Source: Trichoplax adhaerens
Lineage: Eukaryota; Animalia; Placozoa
DNA length: 9,643 nt
NCBI RefSeq assembly: GCF_000150275.1
Contig: NW_002061119.1
Span: forward strand, 1-9,643
Direction: 5' to 3'
Below the pieces are notes generated by a model. The model was given only the letters and a program-made list of their open reading frames with translations. It was not told the DNA's origin and ran no database searches. The position numbers were made by a program, and so were the translations under genes. Positions 1 through 9,075 of the stretch are shown piece after piece (within the stretch, counting starts at the first letter, position 1; each line of letters opens with the position of its first letter).

Positions 1-334
1 TTTGATTTGGAATATTAATCAAGTTAAAGATAATCGTCTATTTTATTGTGATTCTGAACGATACTTGCAACTGTAAATTAAGTTTTATATCTGATTAGTT
101 TATGAAATAAAGCCAGTGGTGATATTGGACTAATATATTGATCGATCAGAGGCCGTTTGATTTGGAATATTAACCAAGTTAGAGGTAATAGTCTATTTTA
201 TTGTGATTCTGAATGATAGTTGTAACTGTAAATTCAGTTTTATGTACTGATTAGTTTTGTGAAATACAGCCAGTGGTGATACTGGACTAATATATTGATC
301 GATCAGAGGCCGTTGGATTTCCAATCATTTAACC
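1..334. repeat. Tandem repeat, ~156-bp unit (copies 1-155, 156-312, degenerate partial 313-334; probably continues left of the window)
   Basis: Both full copies start TTTGATTTGGAATATTAA and end GGACTAATATATTGATCGATCAGAGGCCG and align throughout with scattered substitutions and small indels. They lie downstream of the donor of the minus-strand UGT exon, i.e. in its presumed intron 1. Confidence 0.95.
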
Positions 335-548
335 AGATGATCTGCAAGAGCATTTTCAAGTTGCAGATTCCGAGCAATGTAAGCTGATCAAGGCCTTCCC
401 TTATTACCATAGCCTTATGAGTAGAGTACAATTGGTGTAACTAGACTATAGCAGTAGCTTATTGACAATAATATACTACCTTTAAGCAAACAGAACATGT
501 TTCTTGAAGATCAAAATTCAAAACAATAACAAAACAATCCGCCCTTAC

Positions 549-933
549 CGAAATGTTGACTTTTTAACTCTTGCAATAGTTGGTTATCATTGGTAAATGC
601 TTGTAGATCTTCTTGAATCAATTTAACACAAGGAGACATAGTGTAATCTTGATGTTTCAAGACTATGGTTAAGCAATCTTCCATGTCTTTCTCCTTCATC
701 GATGTCTGATAGTACTTGACGGTATATGGCTTATGATTTAAAAATTGGAGAGCAGAAGCCGCTACAACAACGACATGATGACCTCTTTGGTGTAATTCAT
801 CACCGATAGTAGCCATCGCTTGAGCATGGCTGTGATAGAACTGGGAAACTAACAGAAATTGAGCTGCATAGCACGACTGAAATGATGTTTCTACATGCAC
901 TATGGCTAATGCTAATAGCCATCGAGAGAGCAT
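549..933 (-). CDS. First coding exon of a UDP-glucuronosyl/UDP-glycosyltransferase (GT1 family); signal peptide plus N-terminal acceptor-binding region
   Basis: ATG at 933-931. Hydrophobic leader MLSRWLLALAIVHV..SCYA, then FYHSH (catalytic-His region), IGDELHQRGHHVVV (UGT L..RGH.V.V motif) and NDNQLLQELKSQHF (L...LK...FD motif). Ends TTC G|GTAAGG, a phase-1 donor at 548-547. The ORF-track tail (KGGLFCYCFEF) is intron read-through. Confidence 0.9.
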
Positions 934-1273
934 AGTGTGTGTCAACTTGTGCTAATGTACTGAGAATAATCCAAGCCATTCTTCATCATCGTCATCGTCT
1001 TCTTTGCTTCCATCGCTAAGTGGAGAGAAAACTTTATTGAAAATCATCCATCGCGCTAACACCTTCAAATTCAATTGCAGTCTGTCTTCTCTTATCCACC
1101 ATGATATCAAAACAGCTCGGTTAAGAATTGATCCTTCTTACTGGTATTGAATCGATTGATCGACGCTGTTATTAAGAATAGGTGGTGATTGAAAAAAATT
1201 CCAATTTTTTTTCCCCCTCACCATTGAGTATTGAAAATATACAGTCTTGCTTAGTCTTGCTTCCATTGGCACG
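934..1273. promoter_or_regulatory. Putative bidirectional promoter plus 5' UTRs between the divergent UGT start codons
   Basis: Only 340 bp separate the two ATGs (933 on -, 1274 on +). No clear TATA box recognised, so the call is inferred from position. Confidence 0.55.
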
Positions 1274-1661
1274 ATGAAAACCATCATGGTAGTCGGCTTG
1301 TGGTTGGTAATGAATGCAATAGCTTGTGTTCAGCTTTCATCAGCAGCTAAAATTGCCATAGGTGCTTCATTTTATCATAGCCATACTCAAGTTTTAGCTG
1401 CCATCGGTGAAGAATTACATAAGAGAGGCCATTCAGTCACTGTCATCACATCTACAACAAATCATTTTGTTGCTGGAAAAGGTTACAACGTCCTATTTTA
1501 TGAAACACCAGTTACTCAACATGATATTGGTAGTTGCACTGCTGTGGCACTCAAGAAGAATGATGTTTTCATTACCACTTGTATGAAGCATTTAATCGAT
1601 GATAATAAAGCATACCTGAATGATGATAGCTTACTACAGCAAATCAGAGCTGAAAAATTTG
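1274..1661 (+). CDS. First coding exon of a second UDP-glucuronosyl/UDP-glycosyltransferase (GT1 family)
   Basis: ATG at 1274 (MKTIMVVGLWLVMNAIACVQLSSA signal peptide), FYHSH, IGEELHKRGHSVTV, LNDDSLLQQIRAEKF. Ends TTT G|GTAAGT, a consensus phase-1 donor at 1662. Aligns without gaps to the minus-strand exon from the AA at the end of the signal peptide (about 40 of 106 residues identical by manual count). Confidence 0.92.
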
Positions 1662-2711
1662 GTAAGTAATAGCATAACTGCTGTTAGTTAACCTTTCATC
1701 CAATGCTCGAGGAATAGAATAGGACTACTGTGTTGTGCCATTTCTTGAATAGTCACCATACGGTAGAAAATCTTGCAAGTGACAACGATAGGTTACACCA
1801 GTCGATGGATATCTTAACTACATAACATACGGCATGTCCGCCATATTCTACTTTTCCTATACCATCGTTGTTCACTTTTGATCATCATATCATGATAATC
1901 AGTCATTTCTCGTCTGGGAATACTTGCGATAACAAGTCAATCTTTTGCTTCAGTAAAATTTAATCCAACAAACATGATAGATAACCAGGACAAGTTATGT
2001 AGCCAACTATAGCGAGCTACAAATGCAATAACATCATTAAAGGTGTTGAATCGCACGAAATAGACTAGTAGAAGATAATGCTTACCATACAATGAGATAA
2101 AAAAAGACACATTAGTCTCATTTTACACCTCATCATCCTATCTAAATAACTTTCTTTATTAAGTCCATTCCAATCTCCGATTCTCTATAGTCTTCATCCA
2201 GAACAACCATTTTCCTTAAGCGCAACTGACAATTGAACATACATTAAACTAACTCAGCAATAGCATTGACCATAGACTAGACATAGACTACTTTTAATTA
2301 TGCTTTGCTTTATTTATTTTTGGGTATTGGTTTTATTGACATTGGGGGTATACTTTATCCATCTGTACAGTATACACATCCATCATCTTCATTGATTATG
2401 GAAGCAATATTAACTTAGTTTATTGACACTCTCGTTAAATTGCACTGGGTACAAGATACAAGATTAGCTTTACATTTCACGCAAGTATTATTCCTTTTTC
2501 ATTGAATTTGCTAAGCAGTAATCCTTTCTACTCCTGATGATGAGTTGAGAGTGTTGAAGATTCCATTGCATGTCCCGTATGTAGAAGTGAGGGAATGGTA
2601 GAGTGATTTGTAGCTGTAGTGTTTGGGGGTTATAAATATTCAAACTAGAATTATTGAAACTATTTTCATACAACGTGTAATAGATATTTCGTTAGAGGCT
2701 TAAGTATTAAA

Positions 2712-2753
2712 TACGAATATAGCTAGCTTAGTACGAATATAGCTAGCTTAGTA
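2712..2753. repeat. Perfect 20-bp tandem duplication (TACGAATATAGCTAGCTTAG x2)
   Basis: Directly visible at 2712-2731 and 2732-2751. Confidence 0.95.
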
Positions 2754-3339
2754 ACTGTATCGTTTTGAAGAGAACTACTACAGTGCTCACAGTAGAGCTT
2801 CACATGAAAGGTGTAAATGATTCTGTATTTAAGATGCTAATAATGAAGTGTGTAGTAAGTAAGGTGCTAAGATTGTTAAGGCGGAAAAGTATATAAGCGA
2901 GTAGTTTAGTACAATAAAATACTTCTTTCTCGTTAGTGATCCTCAGCTGATCGATTACGTTGTATCTTTGCAAACAAGGTTTTTTTCAATAAACCTTAAT
3001 TTTCGAAAGGTTTGAAGATTCTTGATCTATCAACCTCACAAGTGTATATGAGTGTATATGAAGTCGAACAACAGGATCAAGATGCTAATATTGAAGAACT
3101 AGAAAAAGTCGCATCTTCTATAAAATAGATGGCTAGTATTAGAGTGCCATAGCTGTTCTATTGTTGATATGAATCTACTAATCTATAAGCCCATGAGTGA
3201 AATGCAGTATCTGATGTTTGTATGCTTATAAAGTCTGGCAGTCAATTATTAGTTAAAAAAGTTCCAATATTAAATCCGGTTCTATTGCCTATCAATGGAA
3301 CTATGTTCAATATTACTATAGTAACTTATGTCGTATTTC

Positions 3340-3653
3340 TGATATGCCTTGCCTCAGGCCTATAATCTCGGACAATTTGAAGCGAATAATTTAGCGCATT
3401 GCATTATTATAACTGTACAGGATTGAAGGCTGTAAAATTTCAGACTCACTCTTTTAATGCTATATCCTGTACCATTATTAATGCAGTTTTTATACTATAC
3501 TATAACTTATACTACGTTATATGATATTTTCGACAAGTCTTGCCCAAGGCTAATATCTCAGAAAATTTGAAGCAGATAATTTAGTGTATTACATTATTAT
3601 AGCTGGATTGAAAGCTGTAAAATTCCAGACAGACTCTTTTTAGAATGTAATCC
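3340..3653. repeat. Diverged direct duplication, ~190-bp period (about 3340-3467 and 3530-3653)
   Basis: AATTTGAAGC..ATAATTTAG.G.ATT.CATTATTATA.CTG...GATTGAA.GCTGTAAAATT.CAGAC..ACTCTTTT occurs at 3374 and 3564. The second copy runs into the integrase relic. Boundaries are approximate. Confidence 0.85.
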
Positions 3654-3918
3654 AGGAGCAAGTAAGCACTTTGGCAGAGATAAAACCCTTCATAAAATAT
3701 CCCATCGATGTTACTAGAAGGACATGCAGAAAGATGTAGCAGAATACGTGAAAGCATGTTCAAAATGCTTCAGTGTTCAAATGCTTCAAAAGTAATGCAA
3801 AGTCAGCAATGCAATTCTTCCACACAATCCTATTCCATTACCGGCCAAGATCTAGAAGCTAATTAGGATTGACATTATTAGCAATCTTCCTGAAACTACA
3901 GTTGGTAAGAATTCTATC
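3631..3918 (+). mobile_element. Degenerate Gypsy/Ginger(GIN)-type DDE integrase fragment: zinc-binding domain plus start of catalytic core (pseudogenic)
   Basis: Frame +1 reads RLFLECNPGASKHFGRDKTLHKISHRCY*KDMQKDVAEYVKACSKCF...PHNPIPLPAKI*KLIRIDIISNLPETTVGKNSI. This matches the integrase pattern H.G..KT...I..RYYW..M..DV..YVK.C..C ... PIP.P...W..(I/V)G(I/M)D..GPLP.T..GN. Stops at 3715, 3793 and 3853. The first catalytic Asp is at 3871. Confidence 0.9.
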
Positions 3919-6900
3919 GCTTAGATTAAGGTCCGCTAGTCATAGTAGATGCTAACGTACTCTGCCAAGCTGCGTTATCCAGAACTCACTAAATAAAGCT
4001 ATGATTATAAAATATTTCTCGCAATTGTGTTTGTTGTGGTCTGCACTTGATTATTTGATGTGAAAGCAGATCAATAATCTTGTTTTCTCGCTTATTAGAT
4101 ATATCTGTAAGTAGAATTGGGTAAATTTGACGTGTCTTGTTACCATCTTTTCGTTTTTATGAAATGACCATTTACGTATTATTTTAGTTGATGGCAGTTG
4201 GGAGTATTCGATTGAATATCATGCATTGTACTGTATTACTTTAACTAATAAGAAATTGCGTCAAACATTTTAGTTAAAATAGTGACATATAATCATCAAA
4301 ATCAACAAACTACAGTCGCTAGCAATAACATTATTACTATGCTAGTGATAACATTAGTGGCTTAGTAAAATGCAATCATAAATCTCCTTGTATTTGATTA
4401 TAGAAAGTAAAGAAAAATTTTCGTCAAACATACTTTATAAATTTTGTCTCGGGCAGAGGCATATCCAACTTCTAATTAGAAATAGTCACTGCTGTAATTT
4501 TAATATTAGATTTAGTGTTCACATTAATAGTGGGGGGTACCATTACCTATAATCCCCAAAACGGAAACTAAACATTACAGATAGTTATAACATCCGCTTT
4601 CTGTATTTAAGGTTTGTATGAACTAATCGGACCAGTCAGTAAGCTTAGTTATGGTAATTTATATCGGTAAAAAATAATCAGGACGTAAAATAGTTTAACA
4701 TGACGTTAAGATATATTTACTTTTTACCCGGAAGGCATAATTGTAGATATTTTATGTTTACGATGGTAATTTGTAGACTAAGATATAAGATTCTGTAAAT
4801 GGTTTAATGGCTAAAAAGCTTTGCATAAGATTGTAGTTTATTGCTTTTAATCATTATATCTTTGAAATACAATGTAATCGTTCTCTATTACAGGTAGTTT
4901 TTACTTAATAATTGATATAGAGATTAGCTAATCTATTAATGAAAATTCGTAAAAGCAATGGAATGATCAGTACTATAAAAGTTGTCTATCGTACAGAAGC
5001 TGGGCTAATTTCCCCGGAAAAAGTTGAAAGGTGACTAGTAAATATATTGCACGATAATAACGGCGTCAATAGATATACGAACAAAACTATCAGCAGTCCT
5101 AAGAAGAGCGATACTCTTCAATCCGAAATTCCTAATTTCCAAGGTTCTAAAACGGCTTCCGTCTTTATTATAAAGTATCTTCAAAATATACATTAAGAAC
5201 TAAAACTTTTTGTAAACTTACAGCAATTAATTTGCTTAGCATATGTTGCAACCTCAATCATAAGCTAGTTCTTTGAACTGTAACACGTACTTGTAATTAT
5301 TGGCGATGGTTTTCTATCAGTTTACATCACTGATACTCCGTAAAGTTACAGTACTTTGCTGCAACATAGTTTCCTTAAGATCACTTACCTAAATATACTA
5401 TAAATTGGCAGAATTTTTCAATAAAGTTGGAGTTCAGTTGTGTCTAAGAGCAACTAGTTGTGTTACTATTTCTTCTGATGATAAGAGATTGTCCGTATTT
5501 AGAGTCGTACTGTAGATGTCGGGAGGACATACCTGAACGTAGACTCTATATATTTAGTTCTTTGCGATGTTTAATTCTTCTAATCACGTCAAATTTAGAT
5601 TTATAATAATAACATTCATAACTATTACAAGGATTAGGCTTTAGTAAAGTTCTAAATGCAATATTTTGATGGATCCTTAGTGGATGAATAAACAAGAGAA
5701 GTCTAATTATACGGAGTTTCATGCAGCCGATTAAAGCTCTGTTAAATTGCAATGTGTTCATTCAGCTATTAAGTTAACTTAGGATCTGATATTGGAAAGT
5801 GAATTTCGTCGGTAAGAAAATTGCAACTATTGCTCTATTTGGAAAAGAGTTTCCATTTACTTAGCACTATGATAATTATTATAATAAAACATACGTGGAA
5901 ACCAAATTTAGTTTTAGGAGTTTGCTACACCAATGCTATTCTACGATTTGTACTGGACAAAAAATTTTTTTAACGGATAATGATGAGAATCGGCACGTAA
6001 AATTTGCATTAACGGCCAGACAAAGAAGTCATAGCATTTTACTCACTAAGAATGAGTCGGCATTTAATATTGGAGAAAGTAAGAAAGCAAGTGAAGAGTC
6101 GAAAGTAATCTCCTGTTATCTAGCTTAATGATAATGGCATAATTTTACTAAGAATAGAAATTACAATAATTTTAGAGTTACTGCTATTTAATAATCATTT
6201 ATAAGATCGCTAGTGTTAAACAAATCAAATAAATATAGTCTTATCGCTGTCTTGGCGTTAAAAATGGTGAATGAATACAGGTCTAATTAATTACAGTATA
6301 TGATAAAGGTTAGCTAGAATATTTTGTTGAACTTTTTGAACCGGAAGTTATTCTGTCTTATACTAAATTGTGCTATAACAAATGAACTAAAGTACTTATA
6401 TGTCGTAGCCTAATTAAAACGAGCTACTGTATTAATTAATATTTAAATAATCAAGAATAAGTTTTACCGATTATCTGTGTACATTCTAGCTGAATTGGTA
6501 GATTAGCTTTCGCAGTGCAACTATCCAAATTATAATATTTCGATTACCCTAGATAAGAGCATCAACACTGGTGATAAAATGAATTCTATAAACATAAGGA
6601 AAATTTAAAGGTAAGTCCGGGTTAGAGTCATATTTTTCATGTAGCAAACTAACTCCTTCCGCCGTTCATTTGATTTCAATAGATCGTTTATTGAGTATTC
6701 ATGTTACCTTATTAGTCATAATTTAAACAGACTTTAATAATTTCAATAGCGGCAGACTTTGGTATCATTGATGACTATCCTATAACTAATTAATTTGGCT
6801 AAAGTAAATGAAAAATATATGAATGAAACTTCAATAAACAAGTTTTGAATTAGGATTATTTTTTCCTTGTGATATCATCACGATATACTGAATGTAATTG

Positions 6901-7599
6901 TTCGGAATATAGATAGCAAGCTCAACACTTGAATTATAAAGATTAGTGTATATGTTTCTATATACAGTATAGTAATATATATGTAATATTTATATTGATT
7001 TCAACTCAAATTCTAATTACCCAGTCCACAAGGCTCTTATAAAGTAAACAACGTCAATTTTCTTTGTTTATTGATATGGAACTACATGTTGCCTAAGGCA
7101 TCTGGTAATCGTATGCTATTAGAAATGTTCACAATCAGCATCATGTATGTAAAACTGTCATTATTCCATCTTAGTACTTTAAATAACAATCTTAAGAGAA
7201 ATTTTATTGAGATCAGACTAATCTGTAACAACCCATTGAAAATATTATCTTAATACTCCATTTATTATGTGACTTCAACCCATCGTTAATACTTTCATTT
7301 CCCTGATTTAAAACACAAAGAATTGTTACCTTCCTCTTTATTACCTTTTCGTTATCCAAAATGCACTATTTTTACAATAAAGCATATAAAATTGAAGATA
7401 ATAATAAGCGTGTGAACAAATAAAAACGATGTTTTTTAGTTGAAATTTTCCTGAATTATCGAAATTAAAGATATCGATACTGAGGAAATTACAATGCAAA
7501 CACTCTCAGATTGATTAGAACTATGACTTTATTTTAATTTCGCTCGAATATTTATCAATCATTTATAAAAGTAAGACGTTCCTTTTGTTAAAGCTAGGA

Positions 7600-7607
7600 T
7601 ATATAAA
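7600..7607 (+). promoter_or_regulatory. Candidate TATA box of the prepropeptide gene (possible non-coding exon ~7630-7753, intron 7754-7929)
   Basis: TATATAAA at 7600-7607, possible donor GAA|GTACGT at 7754, and T-rich acceptor ...tttcattgactatacag| at 7929, 18 nt before the ATG. Such motifs are frequent in AT-rich DNA. Confidence 0.3.
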
Positions 7608-7947
7608 CAGCTATCTTGCAGCTCAAAATCTTAACCACTGGAAATCGAACACTAAGCTTCCTTAAAATATTGTCTATTGCTTTACTTTGGAAATTCAGGA
7701 AGGATCGCAGAATTTATCTCAAGAATTAATTTAGAAAATTAAAAGTTGTTGAAGTACGTATTAACATTAAGCGTTTTTTAAAAATCAAGGTTATAGTCGC
7801 AATAATATGTATTAATCATTCAATCTATACTATATTCGAAGATGCCGTATATTCATCATTTCAATTTCAATTCGAATACTACAGTCTATCCAGTACTAAA
7901 GATTAATCTTTATTTCATTGACTATACAGAAGGATCATTGCAAGAAA

Positions 7948-8133
7948 ATGAATACTAAATTGGCTCTCATTGCGTGTCTATTTCTCTTTACATTTGCTTA
8001 CGCCACTGAAGATGACAATTCTAAGCTCGATAATGACAATAAGGGTGGGCATGGACCAGGCTATTACGATATTGCTGAAAAGNGATGTCCATAAAATAGA
8101 CCCGTACGAAATTGCCGACAAAGATGCATACAC
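7948..8133 (+). CDS. First coding exon of a secreted prepropeptide: signal peptide plus acidic pro-region (3' end lost in the gap)
   Basis: AAAATG at 7948: MNTKLALIACLFLFTFAYA|TEDDNSKLDNDNKGGHGPGYYDIAEK, a typical n/h/c signal peptide with A-Y-A cleavage site. Ignoring the single N at 8083, the frame continues DVHKIDPYEIADKDAY, repeating the YDIAEKD motif. Taken literally, the N gives a stop at 8092-8094. Confidence 0.78.
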
Positions 8134-8228
8134 NNNNNNNNNNNNNNNNNNNNNNNNNNNNNNNNNNNNNNNNNNNNNNNNNNNNNNNNNNNNNNNNNNN
8201 NNNNNNNNNNNNNNNNNNNNNNNNNNNN
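8134..8228. other. Assembly gap (95 N); an additional single N at 8083
   Basis: Run of Ns in the sequence. True length unknown. Confidence 1.
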
Positions 8229-8529
8229 ACATATAGAAGCTACTGTCTATAATTATCAGTAAGCTTATCATAGTTACGGCATAATTTGGTAGTATTTTAC
8301 ATTTCATAGTTAGGATAATCTATAATGATAATTGAGGATTCAAAGTCATTTAATAACACATTTCTACAAGCAATCTTATCCTAAAATCAGCTCCTTCTCA
8401 CAAGTTAACTTTGCGCTGTTAATTGTGAAAATGAGTAGTCTTTTAATGCAAATATTCCATAAAATTAAAAATTTTTTAAATATATCTATCTAAATACTAA
8501 AACTCTTTTCAACTTGAAATTTACTATAG

Positions 8530-8658
8530 CAGGCCTTTTGGCGCCGTCGCCGCCGCCGTCGTCGTCGTGCTCCAGCCCCTGCTCCGAAACCTCGACGTCC
8601 CATCATCTTCCATTTTTATCGTCGTCGACAGATTTTCGTCTATGGCAAAAAACGATAA
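8530..8658 (+). CDS. Terminal coding exon encoding a cationic Arg/Pro-rich peptide with a C-terminal amidation signal (putative antimicrobial peptide)
   Basis: GC-rich island after a tandem acceptor ...tttactatag|cag| (8529/8532). Translates (Q)AFWRRRRRRRRRAPAPAPKPRRPIIFHFYRRRQIFVYGKKR* with TAA at 8656-8658. The Arg run alternates synonymous CGC/CGT, and G-KKR sits immediately before the stop. Confidence 0.8.
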   Translation, partial: QAFWRRRRRRRRRAPAPAPKPRRPIIFHFYRRRQIFVYGKKR

Positions 8659-9075
8659 AATATTCACTACAGAATTAAACTAGTTTATAAAGTCCATTTT
8701 CCTAAAATTAGAGAGCAACCAAGACAGATAAGCATCGTATACTGTCTATATTTTACTAAACTAAGAATGTAGAATATTTAAATGCTATTTTATCGCATCT
8801 TGTTAACAGTAGATTAAAACTGAATGATCCGTAAAGTATTACTGCTAGTTCATGGCTAGACGAAGTAGTGTATAATTGCAATATCAAATTAAAATTTTTC
8901 AGTAATAATATGTTATTTACGTTATGTACCTGATATTGCCTGTATCTGATCCTAGTCTTCTTTTTTGGTCACAAAATAAACGTTTCATATACGATGAATT
9001 CAAGGCCTTGAATGTTGGAATCAGATTTTGATAGTTCTCCAATCAATTTTTCCAAGGAATAATTGTTATACCAAC

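Noticed and set aside
511-548. ORF-track extensions of the UGT exons (511-548 and 934-945; likewise 1247-1273 and 1662-1669)
   Set aside because: Read-through past the GT donors and upstream TTG starts; not part of the exons.
433-1800. 9-bp inverted match TGGTGTAAC (433-441) / GTTACACCA (1792-1800) as recombination sites for an invertible UGT cassette
   Set aside because: Too short, the flanks do not extend convincingly, and no recombinase is in view. Could be chance or a remnant of the inverted duplication.
3581-3763. Minus-strand 60-aa ORF
   Set aside because: Antisense to the integrase relic; no recognisable motif.
2488-7253. Short ORFs 2488-2673, 5546-5761, 5895-6128 and 7071-7253
   Set aside because: 60-77 aa, several with non-ATG starts, no recognisable domains or splice context; expected by chance.
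7970-8236. Plus-strand 88-aa ORF-track call
   Set aside because: TTG start in a eukaryote. Only the part after the N at 8083 (DVHKIDPYEIADKDAY) looks real; it belongs with the ATG-7948 frame.
8230-8258. Possible exon end HIEATVYNY with donor CA|GTAAGC at 8259
   Set aside because: Only open in phase 2, which is incompatible with the phase-0 Arg-rich exon unless another small exon intervenes. It cannot be resolved because of the gap, so it was not called.
7978-8307. Minus-strand 109-aa hydrophobic ORF with vague GPCR-like segments (LSAISY, IVIAWSMP)
   Set aside because: It spans the N gap, lacks DRY and other family motifs, and is explained as the antisense shadow of the Asp/Lys/Asn-rich plus-strand exon, which has a clear signal peptide.
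8531-8683. Alternative readings of the GC-rich island (PFGAVAAAVVVV..., PSPPPSSS..., or a mere CGY microsatellite)
   Set aside because: CGC/CGT variation is synonymous only in the Arg frame on this strand, and that frame ends precisely in GKKR-stop.
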